Below are positions 20,722-30,745 of a stretch of DNA of 64,000 bases, piece after piece; position 1 is the stretch's first letter; each line of letters starts with the position of its first letter. Source of the stretch: SAR324 cluster bacterium (lineage in GTDB: Bacteria; SAR324; XYD2-FULL-50-16). The translations under genes were made by a program, and so were the position numbers. The notes under the pieces are model-generated. The model saw nothing but the letters and a program-made list of their open reading frames with translations, was not told the origin of the DNA and did no database searches. The DNA lies in the NCBI GenBank assembly GCA_028282825.1, contig JANQGZ010000013.1:35586-99585 (forward strand), in the 5' to 3' direction.

Positions 20722-21744
20722 TTAAAATTCTTCACCGATATTTAGCATGACCTTTATGGATTCACCGGTGTGAATTTTGGTTTTATATACTTCCGGCAAC
20801 TCCTCCAGACTGCACCAATCCGATATTAAATCCTTCCCATTAAGCTTGCCTTCTGCCATCCAGTTTAAACACTGACGATTTTCCTGGTGGGTATTTCCAT
20901 ATGAACCGGTGAGATTCAATTCTTTGAACATCAAAACCGCAGGATTTATGGAGACATCTTCATAAATAACGCTTAATTGACAGACACTGGCTGTTGGTCC
21001 GGCGACATTCATTGCTGTTGCAAGCATGGTGGACAATCCGCTGCATTCAAAAACGGTATCGAATCCTGCCGCACCCCTATACCTAAATGTTTCGCTAAGT
21101 AAATCATCTTTCAGAGGGTCAATTGACAGATCGGCACCGAATTTTTCTGCCAGCTTGCGTTTGCTTTCCATGGGTTCAGAAACAGCGATCGGTCCGTATT
21201 CAAGAATCTTGAGTATTTTAACCAAGGCAAGACCGACGGCACCAGCACCTATGACAAGTGCCGAACCCGAACGTTTCCCGGAGCGATAAATCCCATGCAA
21301 ACCTACGGCAAATAATTCCGCTAAGGCAGCATTTTGCGAATCAACCGAGTCTGGTATCGGAATGAGCATTTGAGGATAGACTTTAATATACTCTGCAAAT
21401 CCACCAGGTAAATCCCCAATACCAATTGATCGCCGATTGTTGGAGCAAAGCTCCGGTCTGCCTGATTTACAACCAATACACTCACCGCAATAGGTTGGGC
21501 GGATAATGGCTTTCATGCCAATATCTACATCTTTGACTGCTGGTCCTTTGTCGACAACACTCCCGCTGACTTCATGTCCCAAAATGATTCCATCCGGAGT
21601 GCCTTCAGTTTCGATCAACGAATGGTCGGATCCACAGAAACCGGTGTTTGAGACTTTTAGCAGAACCTGATCGGGTTCCGGGATTAGATCCGGCACTTCT
21701 GAGTAATAAAGCCCTATTCCTTTTTTGAAAATAACCGCTTTCAT
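20722..21744 (-). CDS. Zn-dependent alcohol dehydrogenase (MDR family)
   Basis: CGSDH, GHE, CGECIGC-x7-C structural Zn site and GAGAVG. Confidence 0.92.
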   Translation of the reverse strand: MKAVIFKKGIGLYYSEVPDLIPEPDQVLLKVSNTGFCGSDHSLIETEGTPDGIILGHEVSGSVVDKGPAVKDVDIGMKAIIRPTYCGECIGCKSGRPELCSNNRRSIGIGDLPGGFAEYIKVYPQMLIPIPDSVDSQNAALAELFAVGLHGIYRSGKRSGSALVIGAGAVGLALVKILKILEYGPIAVSEPMESKRKLAEKFGADLSIDPLKDDLLSETFRYRGAAGFDTVFECSGLSTMLATAMNVAGPTASVCQLSVIYEDVSINPAVLMFKELNLTGSYGNTHQENRQCLNWMAEGKLNGKDLISDWCSLEELPEVYKTKIHTGESIKVMLNIGEEF

Positions 21745-21968
21745 ATTAGACTAAAAACTGCAAAGACAATGCTGGCCAACGTTCGTTGAAGAACACCGTC
21801 AGGCATGGTCACTGCGAGAAATGTGACATATGGAATGTTAATTTGAAAATAGCACTGATCAAGCAAACCATTATGCTATGAGAAATCGAATAGTTTTCGA
21901 TAAAGGAAAGGTACTCTAGGAGGGTCTAAATGTCAATTCCCCGCAAAGACAGGGAATTGACGATATGA

Positions 21969-22688
21969 TTATCTGCAGTGAACACAAATTTTGAAGGTAT
22001 CTTCCGGTAGGTCAAACGATTTTTGTAGATGTTCCAATTGCTTAACCGGTGCGAATTCGCGTCCGCAGCTTTCGCACTTCTGCATTTCAAAATCGGTATT
22101 CCAGATGGTTCTAACACCGTTTTTCTCGGTATATTGAATAAAATCAACGGGGCAGACATATGCACATGAACCACAAGCAATACAATCTGGTGGAGCTTCA
22201 TCAAAAGGAGTAGCGATCATTTTGTTCACACCACGGTTTTTATAACCGATGGCGTTCACGCCAACAACCTCTTGACATGTTCTGATACACATTCCACACA
22301 AGATACATCCTCTAATATCCTTATCAAATCTGCTTTGGTCGACACCATGTCGTTCAGCGATTTTTCGGATTGTTGGATGTTTGGCATTACGAACCAAAAG
22401 CAATTCAATCACCATTTGCCTTACGCGTTCAACGCTTTCTGCATTAGTGTCAACTTCCAATCCTTCAGCTACTTCATAGATACAGGAAGCGACTTGTCTG
22501 ATGCGTTTTCCATGTTTTATTTCGACAACACACAGTCGGCAGGCGCCATAAGGCTTTAGCTCAGCATTATGACAAAGATGCGGAATATATATATTGGCAC
22601 TTTGTGCTGCTTCCAAGATCGTTGTCCCTGCTGGAGCTTCTATCGACCTTCCGTCTATTGTCAGACTTACTTTTTCCGGCATGTTCAT
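21969..22688 (-). CDS. Fe-S subunit, HoxU/NuoG-N/HydA-N-like (BfuA-like) with no catalytic domain
   Basis: [2Fe-2S] ligands (IPHLC..GACRLC..SC), CILCGMCIRTC, CIACGSCAYVCP and a C-terminal CESC...CVHC. Confidence 0.85.
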   Translation of the reverse strand: MNMPEKVSLTIDGRSIEAPAGTTILEAAQSANIYIPHLCHNAELKPYGACRLCVVEIKHGKRIRQVASCIYEVAEGLEVDTNAESVERVRQMVIELLLVRNAKHPTIRKIAERHGVDQSRFDKDIRGCILCGMCIRTCQEVVGVNAIGYKNRGVNKMIATPFDEAPPDCIACGSCAYVCPVDFIQYTEKNGVRTIWNTDFEMQKCESCGREFAPVKQLEHLQKSFDLPEDTFKICVHCR

Positions 22689-22716
22689 CTCTCGTTAATG
22701 TAGTTCCAAATATATG

Positions 22717-24570
22717 TTATTCCACAATGACTGCGTCAAATTTACAGACTTCGTAGCAAGCACCGCACTGGATACATTTTTCCTGATCCAGGATGTGTAC
22801 TTCCTTCTTCTCACCTGTAATTGCGTCAGTCGGACAAGGCTTGATACAAAGTTTACATCCTGTACAGGCTTCTTCGTCGATCAGGAAAGTGATCAACGAT
22901 TTACAAACACCTGCTGGACATTTGTGATCCTTAATGTGGGCTTCGTATTCATCTCTGAAGTATCGAATAGTACTTAGAACGGGTGCAGGAGCCGAACCAC
23001 CTAAAGCACACAAGGAGCCATCAGCAATTCCTTGACCCAACCATTCCAATGTATCAATGTCTTCTTCTTTTCCTTCACCGGCACAAATCCGATCAAGAAT
23101 CAGTCTCATTTGATGAACACCCTCTCGACATGGTGTACATTTTCCGCATGATTCGTCTTCCAGGAACTGGGTAAAATATCGTGCGATATCAACCATGCAG
23201 GTTCGATCATCCATGACAATCAAACCACCCGATCCCATCATGGAGCCGAGTTTTGTCAACTCATCAAAATCAACAGGAACATCGAGATACTGCTCAGGAA
23301 TACATCCACCGGAAGGTCCACCAGTCTGAACCGCCTTGAATTTTCTTCCTTTGGGGATTCCACCACCAATTTCATAAACAATTTCTCTTAAGGTGATTCC
23401 CATGGGAACTTCAACCAAACCGGTATTATTAATCTTTCCAGTCAAGGCAAAAATCTTGGTTCCCTTACTATTTTCAGTTCCAATCGTCTGGTACCACTTG
23501 GCACCTCGGTTTATAATCAGCGGAACGTTAGCCCAGGTTTCGACATTGTTCAAACAGGTAGGTTTGTCGTAAAGACCACGGTCTGTCGCATGAATATACT
23601 TGGCACGAGGAATACCTGCTCGACCTTCAATGGAAGCAAACAGCGCTGAAGATTCACCACATACAAACGCTCCACCACCGCGGTTGATTTGGATATCAAA
23701 GTCAAATCCGCTTCCCAGGATATTTTTACCTAATAGTCCCAGTTCTCGAGCCTGCTCAATAGCAATTTCAGTATTAGTCACAGCCAATGGATACTCATGT
23801 CTTACATAAATATAACCATGGTTTGATCCCATTCCATAAGCACCGATGATCATTCCTTCCAGAACCGCATGCGGGTTACCTTCCAGAATACTTCGATCCA
23901 TGTATGCACCAGGATCTCCCTCATCCGCGTTACAGATTACATATTTTGGATCACCTACTGCCTTTTTCACAGAATCCCATTTCCAACCCGCTGGGAAACC
24001 TCCACCACCTCTTCCTCGAAGATTGGCTTCAATCACCTCATCAATGATGCCTTGAGGTTTAAATTCAGTAAGGGATTTTGCAAGAGCAGCATAACCTTCA
24101 TTGCCAATGTAATCCAGAATTTTGGTTGGATCGATCAGCTGGTTCATGGCCAGGATATAGCGTTGTTGCTTTTTATAAAACTCAACATCCTGCTCTTTGA
24201 CAATCTTTTCAGATGTTTGCGGGTCGACATATAACAAGCGCTCAATTATCTCACCGTTGAGAACGGTTTTTTCGATAATTTCCGGTGCGTCCTTTAAGCC
24301 GACCTTTTGATAATAAATATTGTCAGGACTGATCAAAATCATCGGTCCTCTTTCACAAAATCCATGACAACCGGAAGCCCTTACTTCCATGACATCATGT
24401 AACTTTTGCTTTTCAATTTCCTCTTCAAACCCATCAATCAGTTTTTGTGTTCCATAAGCCAGACAACCACTACCGGCACAAATAATGATGCGGGTCTTTT
24501 TTGGATTTATCGCTTCCGTTGTTTTCTTTTGGAAGTCAAAAAACTCTTGGGGTGTGTTTAATTTTTCCAT
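22717..24570 (-). CDS. NuoF/HydB-like NADH-binding flavoprotein (BfuB-like)
   Basis: N-terminal thioredoxin-like [2Fe-2S] domain, GRGGGGFP, NADEGDPGAYMDR, ESCGKCTPCREG, HKCPAGVC and a C-terminal 2x[4Fe-4S] domain. Confidence 0.93.
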   Translation of the reverse strand: MEKLNTPQEFFDFQKKTTEAINPKKTRIIICAGSGCLAYGTQKLIDGFEEEIEKQKLHDVMEVRASGCHGFCERGPMILISPDNIYYQKVGLKDAPEIIEKTVLNGEIIERLLYVDPQTSEKIVKEQDVEFYKKQQRYILAMNQLIDPTKILDYIGNEGYAALAKSLTEFKPQGIIDEVIEANLRGRGGGGFPAGWKWDSVKKAVGDPKYVICNADEGDPGAYMDRSILEGNPHAVLEGMIIGAYGMGSNHGYIYVRHEYPLAVTNTEIAIEQARELGLLGKNILGSGFDFDIQINRGGGAFVCGESSALFASIEGRAGIPRAKYIHATDRGLYDKPTCLNNVETWANVPLIINRGAKWYQTIGTENSKGTKIFALTGKINNTGLVEVPMGITLREIVYEIGGGIPKGRKFKAVQTGGPSGGCIPEQYLDVPVDFDELTKLGSMMGSGGLIVMDDRTCMVDIARYFTQFLEDESCGKCTPCREGVHQMRLILDRICAGEGKEEDIDTLEWLGQGIADGSLCALGGSAPAPVLSTIRYFRDEYEAHIKDHKCPAGVCKSLITFLIDEEACTGCKLCIKPCPTDAITGEKKEVHILDQEKCIQCGACYEVCKFDAVIVE

Positions 24571-25034
24571 TATTCATTCCCTTCTTTGCCAAGCTTTTTC
24601 AGGAGTTTATCCGTTTTTGCGATGGTCATTTTACCATGGTAATCGCCGTTGACTACCAATACCGGACCTAACGCGCAAGCTCCCACACAATTTACTGTTT
24701 CGAAAGTGTACTTCAAGTCTTCAGTTGTTTCGCCCGCCTTCATATCCAATGTTCGCTCAATGTTATCGGTAATCTGAGGTACACCACGCACGTGGCAAGC
24801 TGTTCCCTGGCACAAAGCGAGTTGGTATTTTCCACGAGGTTCCAAACTAAATGCTGTATAAAAGGTTGCAACCTCATAAATCTGGGCGATCGAAACTTTC
24901 AAAAACTGACTGACATAGTCCAACGCTTCTCTTGGCAAATAGTTCAGTTCTTTTTGAACATCCTGGAGCACTGGAACCAAAAACCCTTTATCAGAGTCGT
25001 ACTTTTCAACGATTGATTTTATTGTATTTTCCAT
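24570..25034 (-). CDS. NuoE/HydC-like [2Fe-2S] subunit (BfuC-like)
   Basis: VATFY, CQGTACHVRG and CVGACALGP motifs. Confidence 0.93.
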   Translation of the reverse strand: MENTIKSIVEKYDSDKGFLVPVLQDVQKELNYLPREALDYVSQFLKVSIAQIYEVATFYTAFSLEPRGKYQLALCQGTACHVRGVPQITDNIERTLDMKAGETTEDLKYTFETVNCVGACALGPVLVVNGDYHGKMTIAKTDKLLKKLGKEGNE

Positions 25035-25043
25035 ATCGCAAAC

Positions 25044-25973
25044 CTATAAGACGGTTCTTTTTGTAAGTCGTTCGTATTCAGCAGTTACAGTTTTCTGAAA
25101 ATCTTCCCTTTGAGCTGGAGATAAACCTCTGAATCGACCTTGTGGCTTCAGATATTCTTCTACAGGTCTCAGTTCCAAATCAGGATATGTCATCTTGTAT
25201 CTGCCGTTGATAACTTCATAAAGCGGAAAAACACCTGTTTCAACCGCTAACCTTCCTATCCAGATCGCTTTTTCGCTGGCTATTCTCCAACCAGTTGGAC
25301 AAACAGAAAGGATATGAACATAAGCAGGCCCCTTTGTTGCGGCTGCTCTTTTGACTTTCTCAATTAAATCCAATGGGTAACTGGCACAGGCTGTTGCAAC
25401 ATATGGAATATTGTGTGCCACCATAATTTTCGGCATATCTTTTTTCCCTGAGAACTCTTCTCCGGGATTGATCTTACCGCCAGGTGTCGTGGTTGTGGTA
25501 GCCCCTACAGGTGTTGCGGATGATCGTTGGATACCAGTATTCATGTAGGCCTCGTTGTCGTAACAAACATAGACCATATCATGCCCCCGTTCCATTGCTC
25601 CTGAAAGAGCCTGGAATCCAATATCAAGCGTGGCACCGTCTCCACCCATGCCCAAGAAAACAGTTTCTTTTTCGGGCAGTTTTCCCTTGCGAACTAGTGC
25701 TTTAAAACCTGCTTCAAGCCCTGAAGCTACAGCGCCTGCATTTTCAAATGCTACGTGAATCCAGGGAACGCCCCAGCTGGTATGAGGATATGCAGATGAA
25801 ACTACTTCCATACATCCGGTAGCCGCAGCTACAACAACATTTTCTCCCAAAGCTTTAGCAACGAGTCTGACAGCCAAAGCCTCAGCACAACCCTGACAGG
25901 ATTTATGTCCAGGGGTAAAAAATTCTTTTTCGTTTACAAGACGCGAGGCGTAAACGTTTAATGGCTCCATCAT
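25044..25973 (-). CDS. porB: Pyruvate/2-oxoacid:ferredoxin oxidoreductase beta subunit
   Basis: GHKSCQGC, ATGC, GGDG...DNEAYMNTGIQRS (TPP-binding) and CPTGW. Confidence 0.92.
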   Translation of the reverse strand: MMEPLNVYASRLVNEKEFFTPGHKSCQGCAEALAVRLVAKALGENVVVAAATGCMEVVSSAYPHTSWGVPWIHVAFENAGAVASGLEAGFKALVRKGKLPEKETVFLGMGGDGATLDIGFQALSGAMERGHDMVYVCYDNEAYMNTGIQRSSATPVGATTTTTPGGKINPGEEFSGKKDMPKIMVAHNIPYVATACASYPLDLIEKVKRAAATKGPAYVHILSVCPTGWRIASEKAIWIGRLAVETGVFPLYEVINGRYKMTYPDLELRPVEEYLKPQGRFRGLSPAQREDFQKTVTAEYERLTKRTVL

Positions 25974-27148
25974 TCTCTGACTCCGTGATAAACATATTCA
26001 GATTGGTTGACAGAATCGTTGGCTCTGCTTTTCGATTCTTCATAAATCTTGATAAAATCATCCTGGGTTACATCTCTTCCAGCCAATCCGCAAACATAAT
26101 TAGTGATCACTGGACGATTCTCTGTGTGATACAATGCGGATCTGATCTCGGAAGCAACTGGTCCACCCGGTCCACCAAATGAAACAGCACGATCGATAAC
26201 GATCAGTTGCTTAACACCTTTCACTGTTTCAACCAGTTCTTCCAGTGGAAACGGTCTCCAAAGTCTTAATTTCATCAATCCAACCGATTCACCTTTTTCC
26301 TTGAGTTCATCTATAGCCAGGGATGCAATTCCACCCAAGCTTCCCATGGTCAGGATTAAGGTTTCCGCCCCTTCAGCTTTGTAGGTCTCTATTGGTTGAT
26401 AATATCTACCAGTGATATCGCCCATTTCTTTCCAGGCATCAATCAAAACAGATTTTGATTGAATCAAACCATGATCCTGGTGTTTTTTAGCTTCGGTAAA
26501 AATATTTGGCATTCCCAGTGCGCCCATGGTGATTGGTTTATCGGGATGCAATCGGTTGACAGGCTTGAGTTCGGGCAGGAATTTTTTAACCCAGTCTTTT
26601 TGCCAGTATTCAATCGGCTCAATCATATGGGTTAGCAGGAAACCATCCAGGTTAACGATAAAAGGAAGAGACACATTTGGATCTTCCGCTACCCTGAAGG
26701 CATATATCATATGGTCATAAACATCCTGACCGGTCTCGGTAAAAATCTGAATACAGCCACTGTCACGAATCGACATCACGTCTGAATGATCGTTCCAGAT
26801 ACTTAATGGACCGGAAAGCGATCGGTTAGCTAATGCCATCACGATGGGTAATCTCAAAGAGGCTGCCAAAAACACAATCTCATTCATCAACGCCAGGCCC
26901 TGTGAACTAGTACAGGTAAATGTTCTGGCACCAGCTGCTGAGGATCCGCAAGCAACACTCATGGCAGAATGCTCGGATTCGACCGGAATATATTCCGCAT
27001 CCAATTCTCCATGGGCAACCATCTCGGCTAAATGTTCTACGATATGGGTTTGTGGCGTAATAGGGTAGGCAGATACCACATCAACATCCGCCAGGCCTGC
27101 TGCTTCTGCAGCAGCTATTGATACTTCTACTCCAACTCGTTTACTCAT
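25970..27148 (-). CDS. porA: Pyruvate/2-oxoacid:ferredoxin oxidoreductase alpha subunit
   Basis: AYPITPQT, VESEHSA, TSSQGL and WNDHSD motifs. Confidence 0.93.
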   Translation of the reverse strand: MSKRVGVEVSIAAAEAAGLADVDVVSAYPITPQTHIVEHLAEMVAHGELDAEYIPVESEHSAMSVACGSSAAGARTFTCTSSQGLALMNEIVFLAASLRLPIVMALANRSLSGPLSIWNDHSDVMSIRDSGCIQIFTETGQDVYDHMIYAFRVAEDPNVSLPFIVNLDGFLLTHMIEPIEYWQKDWVKKFLPELKPVNRLHPDKPITMGALGMPNIFTEAKKHQDHGLIQSKSVLIDAWKEMGDITGRYYQPIETYKAEGAETLILTMGSLGGIASLAIDELKEKGESVGLMKLRLWRPFPLEELVETVKGVKQLIVIDRAVSFGGPGGPVASEIRSALYHTENRPVITNYVCGLAGRDVTQDDFIKIYEESKSRANDSVNQSEYVYHGVRE

Positions 27149-27441
27149 TATTCCTCCTCGGCCACCATGTTAATACATCCGGTAAAACATTCCTGTGCGC
27201 AGATACCACAACCCTTGCAGTAGTACAGGTCAGCCTCAAAAAAACTATCTTCCGTTTTTAAAATGGCCATATCAGGACAGAAAATGTAGCAAACACCACA
27301 TTTTATACACTTACTCTTGTCGACAACCGGTCTTAATGATCTCCAGTCACCAGTTTTATATTCCTTACCGGAACCGGGTTGGCTTATGGTGAAGCCAACT
27401 TCCAAATCTTTCCATCCGGGTTCTTTTGGGGTAGTTGTCAC
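27148..27441 (-). CDS. porD: 2-oxoacid:ferredoxin oxidoreductase delta subunit (2x[4Fe-4S])
   Basis: TGDWRSLRP, CIKCGVCYIFCP and YCKGCGICAQEC. Confidence 0.93.
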   Translation of the reverse strand: MTTTPKEPGWKDLEVGFTISQPGSGKEYKTGDWRSLRPVVDKSKCIKCGVCYIFCPDMAILKTEDSFFEADLYYCKGCGICAQECFTGCINMVAEEE

Positions 27442-27512
27442 GTTTTCTCCTATGAAACTTCAGCTTAAAAGCAGGAAAGTGTTGAAAACTTGGTTTTAAT
27501 TAAGCTGCTATC

Positions 27513-28091
27513 TTAGGCTGGAACAGCAGCAATCGATTTATCGAAATCGGCATAGTCTGTCTCTTTATATGCTCGTTTCAATGTTCCTATGTTTTTTTCC
27601 GCTATTTTGCCAAAACGCTCTTTAAAAGGGGTCACCATATCTTCCACAGTGATAAAATCTTTCATCTTAAGAAGAGCACCAATCATAGTTGTATTGGTAA
27701 TTGGCAAACCCAATTCTTCCATGGCGATTTTGGTTGCATTGACGGAAGCAAAACAGTTACCGATTTTAAGTTCCTGCTGAAGCTCTTTTCCTGAATATTT
27801 GGAATTGGCTACAACAACACCATCCTCTTTAATACCGGCTGCAATATCAACCAAGCGTAAAATTGACGGATCCAATACCAATACAACATCCGGATGGTAA
27901 ACCATTGTCCGGGTTCTGATCGGCTTATCATCAATCCTTAAAAAAGCGGTAACCGGTGCACCCCTTCTTTCCGGACCAAAACTTGGAAATGCTTGCGCGT
28001 ATTTCCCTTTGTTAATGGCTGCAATGGCGAGCAGTTCAGCTGATGTTACAGCTCCCTGGCCTCCCCGGCCATGTAATCTGATTTCAATCAT
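27513..28091 (-). CDS. porC: 2-oxoacid:ferredoxin oxidoreductase gamma subunit
   Basis: EIRLHGRGGQGAVT and FGPERRGAPV motifs. Start moved to ATG 28091. Confidence 0.93.
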   Translation of the reverse strand: MIEIRLHGRGGQGAVTSAELLAIAAINKGKYAQAFPSFGPERRGAPVTAFLRIDDKPIRTRTMVYHPDVVLVLDPSILRLVDIAAGIKEDGVVVANSKYSGKELQQELKIGNCFASVNATKIAMEELGLPITNTTMIGALLKMKDFITVEDMVTPFKERFGKIAEKNIGTLKRAYKETDYADFDKSIAAVPA

Positions 28092-28911
28092 GCTTCTTAA
28101 CCAATCTATCAGCAAACAATTGTCTCTCGCACAATAAACCTATGCCCTCGAAATTGCCTGCCTTGTTTTTTAAAAATGAATTGGAACGGACTGAATTGAT
28201 CTAATAACCAACCAATAAGTGATTTACTGATTAATTGGAAGGAATAAATCTATCTGACTGTTGCATTTTGATACAATCAGCAATTGTGATGCCACAGCCA
28301 AAACTACAAAAAATTAGATCTTATTTTTCAACAAGTTAACCAAAGTTCGTTTTTTACATCATCGCATTTTTCACGAGAGTATTCTCATTATTGAGATATT
28401 TGTCAATACGCAAAACTGGGAAATATCGACTCCATTTTGTTTTGGATAGGGATTCAACACTCTGTTATTATTTGTTTTTACTCCTAATGGTCTTAGAAAA
28501 ATCAACAGGATTTCAATAATAAAAAACCAACTTCAATAAATTTTCCCTTTGATTTTAGAAAGTTACAATTTTAAGCTTACGACTCAATTCGATTTTCTTG
28601 AGATATTTATCATTCAAATCCAGTTAAATTGCTGCGGCATTATAGCTAAATAATCTTGAGATTGACAAATAGAATTTTATGTCAGCTTGAGGTATTCAAT
28701 TTCAATGTTGATCTTGCCAGAGCATTTGGTTTCAAAAATGTGCCATTAGAGTTGCTATTTTGTTAGAGTTGGTAGCTGTTTTATTGAACAAAACCTAAAA
28801 GTTAATATTCAATAGCCAGGGATTTGAAATCCTTTTAATATAAAACGGGTTATTGTTATGTCCAAATTGAGTGGTTACAACTAGAGAATAAAAATTCAAA
28901 TTAGATCGCAA

Positions 28912-29601
28912 ATGGAAGAATTGAAAGAAAAGTCCGATTATGTATCGTTCATTAAATCAGCCCAGAATAAATCGGATCAGACCGAATGCAAGCGTTGCTG
29001 TACATGTTGCGCAAAAGGAGGCCCTGCCCTGCATAAAGAAGATTTGGATTTGATTCAATCAGGTAAATTACATGGCAGGTTTTTGTTTACCATCCGTGAG
29101 GGGGAACCAGCCAAAGACAATGTCAAAGGAGGTTTGGTTCAAGCCGATACCGACATTATTAAGATCAAGTCAAAAGATGGAACAGATGCTTGTTTGTACG
29201 CAAATTTTACAAACAATCAATGTAGTATATATGAGGACAGACCCATTGAATGCAAGACATTAAAATGCTGGGACACGGCTAAGATTGAAGCATTGTATAA
29301 TAAAAACAGGTTAACAAGAAAAGATATCATTGGAGGAATCCAAGGATTATGGGAACTGGTTGAAGAACATCAGCAAAAATGCTCGTTTTCCAAAGTGAAA
29401 CAGATTATTGAGGAAGCCAAGGGAAAGATTGAGGGGCAAGCTTTGAAGCAACTACTGGAGATAGTGCAATACGACATTTCTATTCGAACCTTGGTGTTAG
29501 AAAAAACAGATACGGATCCAAATCTGATTCCCTTTCTCTTTGGAACCCCTATGCAGTCCATATTGAGGAAGTTGGGAATTGAATTCAAACAGCGTTCTTA
29601 A
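28912..29601 (+). CDS. YkgJ family (CxxCxxCC) cysteine-cluster protein
   Basis: CKRCCTCC...C...CSIYEDRPIEC. Confidence 0.85.
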   Translation: MEELKEKSDYVSFIKSAQNKSDQTECKRCCTCCAKGGPALHKEDLDLIQSGKLHGRFLFTIREGEPAKDNVKGGLVQADTDIIKIKSKDGTDACLYANFTNNQCSIYEDRPIECKTLKCWDTAKIEALYNKNRLTRKDIIGGIQGLWELVEEHQQKCSFSKVKQIIEEAKGKIEGQALKQLLEIVQYDISIRTLVLEKTDTDPNLIPFLFGTPMQSILRKLGIEFKQRS

Positions 29602-29629
29602 CGTAAATAATACATGTTTATATTAATTG

Positions 29630-30745
29630 ATTAACCAACTTTCCGGGTTTTTAAGATATTTATTAATTAGGTTGGTACTACTTTTGTATTTCCCGCTCAG
29701 TCTATAGTCTTCCTGACAGATGAAACAATTCACAACGAATTTACAGTGCCCCCATAAATCCAGCTTTGATACTGGTTCAATGCACTACTCGTTGGTTGAA
29801 ACTTGCATTAGTGATTTATAAAGACTATAAAATGCATACCAACGCGCATGTTAAGGTGATCGATCAATTTGGCAATTTGTTTGTATCGTGGATTCATTGA
29901 TTGCAACCAAAGTGCAAAAAGAGTCTGATCGTCATAAATAATAGATAGTTATTTGACAAATTAATATCAAATAAAGGGTTGATTTTCGAATAATGGTCTG
30001 ATAAACCTCTTTGTCAAAGGAGGTTAAAAAGGGGAAAGCCTTTAAAAACAGCCTTTTTCATGGTTGTTCCAGATCAATTTTTTAATCTCTTTAAGGTTTA
30101 TCAAAACAAAAAGGCCCAATAGTCTACTAGGCATACTAGGTGATTGACCTTGGAAAGGGTATTTAATGGTAATTAAGTTAAATCAGTCACTTGACCAGAG
30201 TTTCCTATTTGTAGATTTAAAAAACGATGCATTAGAGTTGATATTTCTAATTAAATAACATAGCATCGCCTTTTATTTGGGTTAATGAAGAGAACAACAG
30301 ATTGTGGGAGTTTAACCAGCGGTCTTTCTTTCGTCGTTAGTTTTTAACAATCCAATTTGTTTAGGTTCTTAGGCACTACCTGATCAGTCAGTTTGACTTT
30401 TTCGTTGAAGTTATAGGATTGAGTTTGGTAGGCTGCTGAATACAACAGCGATTGAAGCATAATTTGCTGTTACACGATTCACCGACATCCCGTTGAACTT
30501 CCAACGTGAAGGCCGGGAAAGAGTGAAACTGGCAGGCTAACTGGAGACGATATTTTCAAATAAGTTTATTACTCTCCTTTCTTTTTGGTACATATCACCG
30601 GTAAGTCTGTTGGTAAAAATGAAACGCTTTGCCAGCGTATTCAATTATCGCTTGGAACAAGAAAGCTTGTTCCGGGGGATTTTTCAAAAATGTCTCTTTG
30701 GTCATGCTTAGAGGCAAGGTTAGTTTTTATAAAAACTAAACATAA
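29630..30745 (+). ncRNA. Candidate large structured RNA or very long structured 5' leader (not assignable to a known family)
   Basis: No ORF of 60 aa or more across 1.16 kb. Many nested helices, several with G-U pairs in the + orientation (see findings). Confidence 0.5.
30720..30739. promoter_or_regulatory. Perfect 20-bp palindrome just upstream of the porin RBS
   Basis: TTAGTTTTTATAAAAACTAA is its own reverse complement; AAGGAG RBS follows. Confidence 0.6.

Noticed and set aside
21969-25034. Respiratory complex I nuoEFG or [FeFe]-hydrogenase
   Set aside because: No other nuo genes are adjacent, and the A subunit is only 239 aa with no H-cluster or molybdopterin domain.
30430-30550. Resemblance to a c-di-AMP (ydaO) riboswitch (GCTGAA ... 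GCTAAC)
   Set aside because: The central conserved elements (AGCGGGGGA, GGGGTGAAT, CCCGAA.CCG) are absent.
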